NCBI GenBank assembly: GCA_030264375.1
Contig: JASCQW010000139.1
Location: forward strand, 3,765,619-3,829,618
Direction of reading: 5' to 3'
Length of the DNA: 64,000 nucleotides
Origin: Carcharhinus longimanus
Taxonomy: Eukaryota
The notes beneath the pieces are model-generated. The model searched no databases, was not told the DNA's origin, and saw only the letters and a list, made by a program, of their open reading frames with translations. Shown here piece after piece: positions 12,301 through 21,888 of this stretch. Within the stretch, counting starts at the first letter, position 1, and every line of letters begins with the position of its first letter. Made by a program: the position numbers and the translations under genes.

Positions 12301-15300
12301 ATTGTGAGAAGGAGAGAGATATAAATAGAGAACAAGGAAGAGTCTTCATGAACAACTTGCATGCATATAAGCAACTTTAGACATTGGAAGACATTCTGAA
12401 TGTACTCCACAGCAGCTTTATCAGACAAAAATTGAAACCAAGCCAAATATATTAGGAGAGTTACCCAAAATCTCAGGCCAAGAAAAATATGTTAAGCAGC
12501 TTAAAGGAGGAAGTGGTCTTTAGATTGGGAACATTGTGGATGTCATAGCTCTCGCAACAAAGGGAACGGGGAATTCACAACAGACTTTGAGACAGAGTTC
12601 TCGGAGGGTGGCAGAAGCTACGGAATTTTGCTTGGGCAAAGACATGAAGTAATTTAAACACCAAATTTTCAAATTGGTGTTCCAATTTGAAATGTTCCAG
12701 GCTGAAAATAGAAAAGCTTCCTTGTTTTTCAACAATATATAGCCAGTTTCAGATACTGCATATTAGAATACCAATACACAATAATCTGTTCACACAGTGA
12801 ATTAAACATTGGGAGGCCTTTTCCACAACCTTTGCCTCTCCACTTGGTACTCATCACCTTGCAGCTGCAGATTAGCAAGATCAAGGCAGACGGTTGACCT
12901 GATGGTAATCATGAGTGGCTAAGGAGGAGTTTTATTCTTCAATTAAAACATTGCTTAAATTTGGATTGTGAAAATAAGCCATTCCCACTTTTCCGGATGG
13001 AATGATGATCCTGTTGAATCATACTCTCTTTCAGATTCTGTTAACTGACGTTGTCCAATTTCTGTCCATCTATTTACTGTTCCTAATCGGATTTGCTGCA
13101 GGTAAACTTTGTTACATGTTTGAATTAGTTATTCAGTGGCATGATTGCACAGTTGTTAGCGCGGCTGCCTCACAGTGCCAGGGACCTGGGTTCAATTCCA
13201 GTCTTGGGTGACTATCTGTACAGAGTATGCGTGTTTTTCCCGTGTCTGTATGGGTTTCCTCCAGTGCTCCTCCCACAATCCAAAGACGTGAAAGAGTTAG
13301 TTAAATTGCCCTTAGTGTCAGGGTAACTAGCTTGAGTAAATAAGTGGGGTTATGGGGATAGGATCTGGGTGGGATTGTGGTTGTGCAGGATCAATGGGCC
13401 AAATGGCCTCCTCCTGCACTGTAAGATTCTATTTCCTTTAGCAATCCACAGAATAATTGGTCACTTTAATCGATCCCAGTCCCATTACAGCACGGTTTAA
13501 AATGGTACCTTCACCACCTTGAGAGATCCATCAGGATCTGATCTAGAACAAGCATTCATGGCTTTTCAAATATCTTCTGTCATTTTAGCAATGTGCAGTC
13601 TCCTAGTCCTGATCGTCTCCTGGTCATCCAATCCCTCTGTACTTCTGTTCCCCCATCAGATTGGTCAGGAGACACACTACTACTTCTCGGTATAGAGACC
13701 CAACTAGTTCACATTCATTCCTACCATCCCCTGCCTGACCAAAACTGACTGCGGGAGACAGAATCCTGGAGCTGAGCTCTAAATAGCACTGTGGGTGTAC
13801 CTAAAGTACATCACAGACTGCAGTCCTTCGCTTCAAGACACTTGTCCAACACCATTAGAAATGGGCAATAAATGCGATATCCACACCCCACACATGAATA
13901 AAAATGGAGTTTGTCATTTGACATCACCAGCTTCCTCCAGATAGAGAGGTGTTACTATGGAGCAATTTCACTTTTCTCTCACAATGTAAATTCTGACACC
14001 AACAGCACTTGCCTCCCTGATTGATGAATGTCCCAGCAGTGAAGAATGTAGTTCCTTTGACAGTTTCAACACAGCAGTGCTGGAGCTCTTCAAGCTAACC
14101 ATTGGCCTGGGTGATCTGGGAGTACAAAGACAAGCAAGATACCCACAGCTCTTCCTCTTACTCCTGGTGTTGTATGTCATTCTGACCTTCATTCTCCTGC
14201 TGAACATGCTGATTGCACTGATGGGGGAGACAGTGGAGAACATTTCCAAAGAGAGCAAGAACATATGGAAACTACAGGTATCACAAACTATCTGCACCTC
14301 TCAGCTTGACGTCAGGTTTCTGCTTCAGGGAAATTGGAGTGGGGAGCGGGGGTGTGGTTTGGTACAGTGGCACAGTTGTTAGCACTGCTGCCTCTCAGCG
14401 CCAGGAACCCAGGTTCAATTCCAAGTTTGGGTCACTGTCTATGTAGAGTCTGCACATTCTCCCCATGTCTGTGTGGGTTTCCTCGGGTGCTCCGGTTTCC
14501 TCCCACCACCCAAAGATGTGCAGGTTAGGTGGATTGGCCATGCTAAATTGATCCTAGTGTCAGGGGGACTAGCTAGGGTAAATACATGGGGTTATGGAGA
14601 TGGGATTGTAGTTGGCACAGATTTGATTGACTGAATGGCCTCCTTCAGTACTGTAGGGACTCTATGGATTCTCTGAAATTATCTAAACAAAACACAGCAA
14701 TGAAATTACTGTGAAAATCTCTGGTGGCCAGATTGTATTTTAATGCAACATTGATTTTAACCAGCCAAAATCAAAATCTGCATTGAATGTAACATTTCTT
14801 TCCAAAATCATCCCAAGCAACATAATTAAACTTTTTTATATTTTCAGAGGATTGAGCATCACTGAGATAGTGCCCATCTTAATTGCCCTCAATAGACTAA
14901 ACAGTCTTCTAGAACTGGTGTGTGTGTCTGTGTGTGTGTGCGCGTCTGTGTGTGTGTGTGCACGTACATACACCCACAGTACTGTTAGGGAGTTCCAGGG
15001 TTTGACCCACAGAGGAAGTAAAATAGTTCCAGGTCAAGCTGAATAGCTTGGGGAGGAACTTGCAAGTGGGGATGTTCATATGCCTCGGCTGCCCACGTCC
15101 TTCCCGACAACGACACAGGTTTGGAAAGTGCTGTCAAAGGAGACTTGGCGAGTTGCTGCAGTGCATCTTGTAGACTGCCTCTGTGCATCAGAAGTGGAAT
15201 GACCAAACTTTTTAAAGTGGTGAATCGGGTGCCGATCAAATGGGTTGCTTTGTCCTGGTGTCAAGCACTGCGAGTTTGTTGGAGCAGCACTCAGCCAGGC

Positions 15301-18300
15301 AAGTGGAGAGTATTCCATCACACGCCTGATGTGGGCCTTGGAGATGGTGGACATATCACTTGCCTTGATGCTCTTGTACCTCAGTACTTACACAGCTGAT
15401 CCAGTTTAGTTTCAACATTACCAAAGATTTCTTTTGGCTAAAACAGGCTCAACTCTTCTAACTAAACATAGCTGGTTCTGCTTGATAGATGAATACTGGA
15501 AGATAACTGTTTTATTCCTTTTTCTCAATAACCAAACTAATCCAAGAGAGCAAGAACCATTCTGAATTTGGAGAAGTGTTTGCCAAAGTTTCTGAAAGAG
15601 AAATTTCAACTTGGAAAAGAATTGAATGGCAAGAGATACATCAGGTAAAATGAGATCTATTTATAGAGCTTATTGCCATATCAATCAGGAATGCCTCATT
15701 ACAGGTGCACTGCATTTCTTTTAAGGCCACTATCTAGAAGACACAAGTCAGGAGCGTGATGGAATGCAGACCACTTACCTGGGTTTGTGCAGCTAGAATA
15801 ACACTCGAGCAGATCTTTACCATCCAAGCAATCTTTATTGCAGCAATAGCACAGGTTCCATTTTCCATACCCTTGACGAATGAGAATATCACTAGAGTGA
15901 GCAAGGGGGATTTGAATGCAGGACTCAAGGTACAGGAAAATGTTCTTAGAACTGGGTTGAGGTTTTTTTAATTAATTCTCAGGATATGGGTGCAGTTTGT
16001 AAGGCTAACATTCTATTACCCCTCAAGCTGCCCTCTATTAGTGGAGCTGCCTTCTGGAATTACTGCAGTCCGTATAGCGAAGATTCACTCCTCAGTGTTG
16101 TTGGGTCAGGTATTTCAGAACAATGCATTGCACAATCCAAAGCATTTTATAACTAACTGTGTTGTCAATACTGTAATGTAGGAAACATAACCATCAACTT
16201 ACACATAGAAAGCTCCCACAAACATCACTGTGATAATAGCCAAATAACGTTTTTAGCGTTGCTTGAGGTATACATATTAACTGGGACACTAGGAAATCTC
16301 CCCCGTTCCTCTTTGCAAATAATGCAGAGACAGCCTTGCTTTAACATCTCTTCCACAAGACAACCTCAGGCAGTGCAGCACTCCCTCAGTACTGTACCCA
16401 TAAACGTCAGCTCTGATTTTTGTATCCTAACTGCCTAGGGGAAGACTTACACACCTTCTGACTCCCAAGGTCAGAGCACTAACTGAACAGGTCTGCTTCC
16501 TTACCAAAACAATGGGGCAGCACAGTGGTTAGCACTGCTGCTTCACAGTACCAGGGACCCAGGTTCAATTCTCGACTTGGGTCACTGTTTGTGCAGTCTG
16601 CACGTTCTCCCCGTGTCTGCGTGGGTTTCCTCCAGGTGCTCCAGTTTCCTTCCACCATCCAAAGATATGCAGGTTAAGCGGATTGGCCATGCTAAATTCT
16701 CCAAGTGTACCCAAATAGGTGTCAGAGTGTGGCAAGTAGGGGATTTTCACAGTAACATCAGTGCAGTGTGGATGGAAGCCTATTTGTGACTAATAAGTAA
16801 ACTTTACTTTGCAAACCACTTTAAGCATCCAACTGGTTTTAATTCAAGTTTATCATTTCTCAAATCAGGATCAATGAAGTTAACTGGACAAAGTGGAACA
16901 CCAGTTTAGCTCGCATCCATGAAGATCCAGGAGAAGAGCAGCAAGGTAAATAGTTAGTGTTGAGCAGATAGCTGATCTGAATGGATCACATTGATCAAGC
17001 CACATTCAATAAAACACTTAGTGGATATGGTAGGATGTACTATTGTTTATGAATATTCAAGTTGTGAAGGGATCTTTGCTTCATCAGTGGGAGGCAGAAA
17101 GTACAAACACAAGGGGTGGAATTCTTGCAAAAAAATTCTAAGTGTTGAATTCACAGGAAAAACAGAAATAATTCACTGTTTTTTTCAGTGGGAATTCAGA
17201 CAAGAATCTCCCACTCGGAGCACTGCGGAGGCCACCAGCGCAAATATTAGATTTCGGGGGAAGAGGTGGGGATGTCTGTTCCCACCTGGGAGGCTGGAAC
17301 TGAACTGTCAGCCTCCCCATTCGCTGGCCAGCCTGGAACACCACCCACCGCCCCGCCCCACCCCCCCTCCACAGTGCTGTCCCCCAACCCCCCCATGGCC
17401 CAATCATGCCTCCTCCATCCCCCACCCCCAGTGGCAATCACCCCAAAAAATATAGCACAGTGGGATGGGAGAATTGCCCCCAAGGTTTTTATGCTAAACC
17501 TTTATAGAACACCGCTTAGGTCTCATCAATATTAAGATGGTGTAGGGATGGGGGCGTACAGGCAGACTATTAAGCAGTGAACTATGATCTGGAATGTGTT
17601 GCCTGAAAAATCAGTGAAAGCAAATTCAATAATAACTGCAAAAGAGAATTGGATAAATACTTAAAGAGAAAATTTAAGGCTCTGGAGAAAGAGCAGGGAA
17701 TGGGATGAATTGGATATTTTTTTAAGGGCCAATATTTCAAATAGCCATCTTCTGTGCTGTTTGATTCTAATTCCAGCTCATTTTATGTTATATGCCCTGA
17801 GTACAGTTCTGGTCATCCCATTATAGAAAGGATATTATTAAACTTGAAAGAGTGCAGAAAAGATTTACTAGGATGTTACTGGGACTTGATGGTTCAGTGA
17901 TAAGGAGAGGCTGGAATTTCTCNNNNNNNNNNNNNNNNNNNNNNNNNNNNNNNNNNNNNNNNNNNNNNNNNNNNNNNNNNNNNNNNNNNNNNNNNNNNNN
18001 NNNNNNNNNNNNNNNNNNNNNNNNNNNNNNNNNNNNNNNNNNNNNNNNNNNNNNNNNNNNNNNNNNNNNNNNNNNNNNNNNNNNNNNNNNNNNNNNNNNN
18101 NNNNNNNNNNNNNNNNNNNNNNNNNNNNNNNNNNNNNNNNNNNNNNNNNNNNNNNNNNNNNNNNNNNNNNNNNNNNNNNNNNNNNNNNNNNNNNNNNNNN
18201 NNNNNNNNNNNNNNNNNNNNNNNNNNNNNNNNNNNNNNTGATCTTATTGAATGGAGGGGCAGGCTCGAAGGGCTAGATGGCCTACTCCTGCTCCTATTTC

Positions 18301-18914
18301 TTATGTTCTTATATTCTTTTCAAAGAGGGTAGAGTGTGTCTGGAACAAGCTGCCAGAGGCAGTAGTAGAGGTGGGTGCAATTTTGTCTTTTAAAAAGCAT
18401 CTAGACAGTTATATGGGTCAGATGGATATTGAGGGATATGGGCCAAATGCAGGAAATTGGGACTAGCTTAGTAGTTAAAAAAGGGTGCCATGGATAAGTG
18501 GGGCTGAACAGCCTGTTTCCATGCTGTAAACTTCTATGACTCTATGCAAATGCAAAACTACTTTCCAGTCAAAATCTCTTCCAATGGTGATCAAAGTTTG
18601 TTGGCTTAGCGTCACTTTTTTCTTGATCTGTTTGTTTTCTAGAAGAAAATGTTCCCGAAAGCCCAGGTGAAACGTATAGCAAATCGCTACCTTCAAGTAG
18701 AACCCCTCACAGATTAAGAAAAAACTTACATAGAAACATCTGGGGCAAGAGAAAACCAAACTTTGGCTTCCCAACCAGAGCGAACAGGAAGGCAGAGCAG
18801 AAAGATATACCACAGGTAGTGATGGTTCCTGAACATATGCCAGCAACATTGGGGACCATTGATTGCAATGAAGCAGAGGGGTCAAGCAAAGCAGAGACAG
18901 ACACAATGAATTAA
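3197..18914 (+). CDS. TRPV3: TRPV3-like transient receptor potential vanilloid channel, 5'-partial, 10 exons (3197-3373, 5970-6125, 6967-7050, 11236-11309, 11959-12124, 13035-13101, 14006-14277, 15547-15644, 16869-16945, 18643-18914)
   Basis: Manually spliced exons total 1443 nt (480 aa + stop) with compatible phases. Motifs: [57 protein letters not shown], short two-Cys turret, [48 protein letters not shown]. The GLGD filter, DAWFH and short turret are TRPV3-type. Strict orthology versus a shark-specific paralogue is unproven. Confidence 0.9.
4975..5420 (+). mobile_element. CR1-clade LINE 3' fragment
   Basis: YEERL..LGLFSLE and SRTRGH-like coding remnants; aagggccgaatggcctcctgctcctat tail. 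Confidence 0.85.
5970..6125 (+). CDS. TRPV3: TRPV exon: pre-S1 and S1 ([27 protein letters not shown]...YYDIPCVK)
   Basis: Pyrimidine tract plus tttag acceptor; AAG|gtaagg donor; 52 codons, phase 0/0. Confidence 0.93.
6967..7050 (+). CDS. TRPV3: TRPV exon: S1-S2 loop and S2 ([28 protein letters not shown])
   Basis: tttcag acceptor; GAA|gtaagt donor; 28 codons; G..x6..W..x7..E pattern matches TRPV3 S2. Confidence 0.85.
7128..7440 (+). mobile_element. HE1-like SINE, tail type A (CR1-like 3' end)
   Basis: gggcggcacagtggttagcactgctgcctcacag head; gatgggcc..tggccttcttctacactgtaggactctat tail. Confidence 0.9.
8057..8745 (+). mobile_element. Putative solo LTR inserted in CR1
   Basis: Starts TGTGAC; last ~120 bp align with the 3' end of the element at 54349-55020; CR1 sequence is continuous across it. 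Confidence 0.65.
8826..9110 (+). mobile_element. HE1-like SINE, type B
   Basis: Consensus head, core and type-B tail. Confidence 0.85.
9581..9735 (-). mobile_element. HE1-like SINE type-B 3' fragment
   Basis: aagtttatttattagtcacaagtaggcttacattaacactgcaatg is the reverse complement of the type-B tail. Confidence 0.8.
9792..10063 (+). mobile_element. HE1-like SINE, type A, internally deleted
   Basis: Head plus ctgtagggattctatgatt tail. Confidence 0.85.
10062..10327 (-). repeat. Inverted duplicate of 8617-8886
   Basis: Reverse-complement match across the LTR/CR1/SINE junctions. Confidence 0.92.
10579..10882 (+). mobile_element. HE1-like SINE type A, nested in an older SINE (about 10430-11090)
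   Basis: Consensus motifs; flanks match the ctagtaatccagagg..ctgccatccttacc family. Confidence 0.8.
11236..11309 (+). CDS. TRPV3: TRPV exon: S2-S3 linker ([25 protein letters not shown])
   Basis: ttttgtag acceptor; TT|gtgagt donor (phase 2); LQSI..DAWFH motif. Confidence 0.92.
11655..11935 (+). mobile_element. DeuSINE-like SINE
   Basis: tactgaaggaatgctgtactgtc..gtcttttggctgagccattaaacc..atatttatccctca. Confidence 0.6.
11959..12124 (+). CDS. TRPV3: TRPV exon: S3-S4 and S4-S5 linker (ILQAGLVIL...[28 protein letters not shown])
   Basis: ccattcag acceptor; AAG|gtaagg donor; hallmark LYYTRGF motif. Confidence 0.95.
12350..12700 (-). mobile_element. L2-like LINE 3' fragment
   Basis: acaacttgcat..ata..gcaacttta end resembles the reverse complement of the tail at 51900. 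Confidence 0.5.
13035..13101 (+). CDS. TRPV3: TRPV exon: S5 ([22 protein letters not shown])
   Basis: ctttcag acceptor; CAG|gtaaac donor (phase 1). Confidence 0.92.
13136..13433 (+). mobile_element. HE1-like SINE, type A
   Basis: Consensus motifs; starts about 35 bp after the S5 exon donor. Confidence 0.85.
14006..14277 (+). CDS. TRPV3: TRPV exon: turret, pore helix, GLGD filter, S6 and TRP box start
   Basis: aacag acceptor; [38 protein letters not shown]...[28 protein letters not shown]; CAG|gtatca donor. Confidence 0.96.
14359..14675 (+). mobile_element. HE1-like SINE, type A
   Basis: Consensus motifs. Confidence 0.88.
14846..15410 (-). mobile_element. Older CR1-clade LINE 3' fragment containing a (TG)n microsatellite at about 14918-14962
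   Basis: [21 protein letters not shown] motif on the - strand. Confidence 0.75.
15547..15644 (+). CDS. TRPV3: TRPV exon: TRP helix and proximal C-terminus ([33 protein letters not shown])
   Basis: tccaag acceptor; AG|gtaaaa donor (phase 2); RARTIL motif. Confidence 0.92.
16105..16490 (-). mobile_element. DeuSINE-like SINE
   Basis: cagtgcagcactccctcagtactg is the reverse complement of the Deu core. Confidence 0.65.
16514..16810 (+). mobile_element. HE1-like SINE, type B
   Basis: Consensus motifs. Confidence 0.88.
16869..16945 (+). CDS. TRPV3: TRPV exon: C-terminal domain ([25 protein letters not shown])
   Basis: aatcag acceptor; AAG|gtaaat donor (phase 1); INEVxW..W and EDPG motifs. Confidence 0.93.
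17113..17480. mobile_element. Non-autonomous DNA transposon (PIF/Harbinger-like MITE)
   Basis: Imperfect TIRs GGGGTGGAATTCT ... AGAATTGCCCC flanked by CAA on both sides (3-bp TSD). Confidence 0.55.
17795..18545 (+). mobile_element. Nested CR1 fragments (with gap)
   Basis: [25 protein letters not shown]; [16 protein letters not shown]; two CR1 tails. Confidence 0.85.
18643..18914 (+). CDS. TRPV3: Probable terminal TRPV exon ([54 protein letters not shown]...AETDTMN*)
   Basis: Strong pyrimidine tract plus ttttctag acceptor; 90 open codons in the phase required by the previous exon; TAA at 18912-18914; non-repetitive sequence. No homology support. Confidence 0.7.
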
Positions 18915-19595
18915 CTTATTTATACCAGTACACTGCCAGCTAATTGATCTTGATGAGAACTTGACCTTCTGGCTATCAACTTGAGTCATGGAATTGAAGC
19001 CCCATTTCATTGATTGAGCACATTCTTAGTTGACACTTCTAGTTCAGCACAGAGGAAGTGCCTCACTGCCAAAAGTACTAAGCAGAGACCTTATCTGTTT
19101 AGCATGATGTTAAAGATTCAAGGCATTATTTCAATATCCAGCAGTTCTCTCAACATTCCGGCTAATGTTCCTCCACAAACACCACACCCAAAAAACAACT
19201 GACTATACTTGATGCTCTGTGTGGAATATCTGCCACATTAGACTGGATTTAATTTTAAAAAAAGTTCTATAATCTGCTGCTCACAATGGTAGCAGAAGCA
19301 GATTCAATGGTAACTGGATATCAACTTGAAAAGAACTCCAGAAAGAGCAAAGTGGGACAAATTGGATCACTAATCAGTGCTGGCATGGGTACAGTAGCTG
19401 AATGGCCCCCGTTTGTGCTCTATAATTGTAGGTGGTTGTCTGAATGGGCTTTGGAGCCATGCAAACATCTAGTGTTTCCTTCACTTACTGTGTAGGATTG
19501 ATGAGCTGAACCATTTGATATTTCACATTTGATAGCTTTTAGCTATCACAGTCAACCTCATGGGTGCTTATGGGTGAGGTTTCATCATTTAAAAA

Positions 19596-20456
19596 TGTCA
19601 CAGATGTTTGAATCAGAAAAATAGTTCACCTTTAAGGACTTAGAACAATCTTTAAAAGACTTGTCCCTTAAAGGGTTAATGAAAGGACTCTGGTTGCTGT
19701 AGTTCCTGGAAAATAGAATTTTTACAAGAATTAAACAGTTTTAAGAGTGGAAATCTCTCGACCTCGGTGGACTGTTTACAAAAAAAGGGTCACATATTTT
19801 ATGACTTGGGGGGAAACACAATATTTTGGAAAGTGTTTAAAAGCTGGAAGACTGCTTTTGGCTTTGGGAAGAACCATCAACTGCTTGGGTGAAGGCAGCC
19901 ACAGGTCCTGAAGCTTCAGACTCAGTCAAAAGCAAATGAATGGAAGTTGCTCTGAGGCCACTATGTTCTGAAATCAATTAACTGCAACCTTTCCATAGTC
20001 TGCCAGTAATGCAAGAGAGTTCAATTATTTCACAGAGAGGGCTGAAATCTAACCTGGAGATACTTTAAGGACTCCATCATCTTTCCGTTGCCTTTTGAAC
20101 CATTAACTTATGATCTTTCTGTGGAATTCCTGTATTTTCTTTTACTTGGGGAGGGGGGCGGGGGGGGGGGGGNNNNNNNNNNNNNNNNNNNNNNNNNNNN
20201 NNNNNNNNNNNNNNNNNNNNNNNNNNNNNNNNNNNNNNNNNNNNNNNNNNNNNNNNNNNNNNNNNNNNNNNNATTATAAAACTGAACTTTGTTTATTGAA
20301 TAAAGCTGGGCATTGAACAGTCATTCTGAAATTCATAATTCAGATTTGGCCTTAAACCGAGCTGGAGAAATCATTTTAAATATATTTGAGAGACCAGTCG
20401 AATACTGGAACTAAAAGACAAACAGCAAGTGCACTCATCCCATTTTGGTCATAACA
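19596..20456 (+). mobile_element. Putative solo LTR
   Basis: TGTCAC ... CATAACA termini, flanks aaaa/aaag, AATAAA about 150 bp before the 3' end; contains a 100-N gap. Confidence 0.5.
20299..20304 (+). promoter_or_regulatory. First visible AATAAA downstream of the TRPV stop codon (inside a putative LTR)
   Basis: No AATAAA or ATTAAA seen between 18915 and 19595; ATTAAA at 19730 and AATAAA at 20299. Confidence 0.35.
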
Positions 20457-20506
20457 AAAGTATAAAATAATTTCTCTTATTTCAACTCAGCTAAATTATC
20501 CTGGTT

Positions 20507-20765
20507 GTGGTGTGGCTGAGGGGTTAGCACTGCTGTCTCAGAGTAAGGGATCCAGATTCAACTCCTGACTTGGGTTACTGTGTGGAGCTTACATGTTCTC
20601 CCAATGTTAGCGTGGGTTTCCTCCGCATGCTCCGGTTTCCTCAGTCCAAAAGTGCTGGTTAGGTAATTCTCCCTCAATGCATCCAAACTATGTGGCATCT
20701 AAGGGATTTTCACAATAACTTCATTGCAGTGTTAATGTAAACCTACTTGTGACAAATAAACTTAA
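20507..20765 (+). mobile_element. HE1-like SINE, type B
   Basis: Consensus motifs. Confidence 0.8.
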
Positions 20766-21487
20766 AGTTATTGCCACATCAGCACTGAGCCACACTGATC
20801 AGGATAATCTTATATTGGTTACTCTCAAAAAAAGATGGCAGAAAGAGGCACCAGCATTAACTCAAATCCTCACTGGGACAGGCAGTTAGTAGAGCTTTTA
20901 TTGTCATCACAACTGGAAAGTGCCAGTTTGGGGATGTTGGGGTGAGAATATTTGGTTCTTGTCAGAATACATCAGCTGCGCTCACACAGAGATTGGCCAC
21001 TTACGACATCTGCTCAGCTGATATAAATCCAGGATGATTCAACCCCTCCATGGGACAAGAACCCTTAATCATCCGGTCCCTTCACTGATCTACAACACAC
21101 CTACTCTCCATCACCTTTGCAGTAATTTATAGACTGCAACATGTTTACATGGCCCCAAATGTTCTAAGTTTGGGATGCTGAGTGCGCATCAGTTAATGCT
21201 TTCAAAGTACCATTGCACAATCTGGTAAACCCAGAGCTTTATCAACACAATTTTTCAACCTGTCCATTCTACCTCCCTTACCAAGCAAAAATACTGAAAA
21301 CATAGGGAAGGAAAAAAAAAAGCACATCTTAGAAACCTGAAACGACAAAATGTTGGCAACAGTCAACCTTGAGGTGGGAACAGAGATATTAAATGTTGCA
21401 GATTACAGTCCTTTATAAGACAGGAGACAAGATCCTTTGCCCATCAGTCCCTCCCATTCCACAGTTTGTGCACAATCTACCCCAACG

Positions 21488-21660
21488 TAGCAAAAAGTCT
21501 CACAACACCAGGTTAAAGTCAAACAGGTTTATTGGAATCATGGGCTTTCAGAGTGCTCCTTCTTCATCAGGTGAGTCACCCGATGAAGGAGCGACACTCA
21601 AAGTGGTGTTGAGACATGTAACTCTGCCCACTCCAGTCCAATGGAGGCATCTCCACACCA
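21488..21660. mobile_element. Penelope-derived palindromic non-autonomous element
   Basis: cttcatcaggtgagtcacccgatgaagg dyad; gtctcacaacacc...ggtgttgagac arms; degenerate CTGATGA..GAAA cores on both strands. Confidence 0.6.
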
Positions 21661-21882
21661 CGTTTTCCAACATGATCTCTACCTCATCCATCCTCAAAAT
21701 GAGGTACTTTATTAAAATATTCTCCAATTATGTCCGATCTGCAGCCTCTCACGTGGAAGTCTGGTTCCAGATTATTACTCATTGCTGGTGATCAGTCCCA
21801 TCTACACTTCGATGAGCTGTGACATTTTTAAAAGAGAAAATTTCAACATTGAGCTTCTTTCATTTAGATGTGCAAATTTTTT

Positions 21883-21888
21883 TTTATT
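21883..21888 (-). promoter_or_regulatory. Candidate polyadenylation signal (AATAAA) ending a long FAM222B 3' UTR
   Basis: tttatt on + at the lower edge of the repeat-poor block 21.8-28.4 kb. Confidence 0.45.

Noticed and set aside
16991-17535. Pro/Gly-rich ORFs up to 154 aa
   Set aside because: They arise from the C-rich interior of a MITE in a TRPV intron; no splice or homology support.
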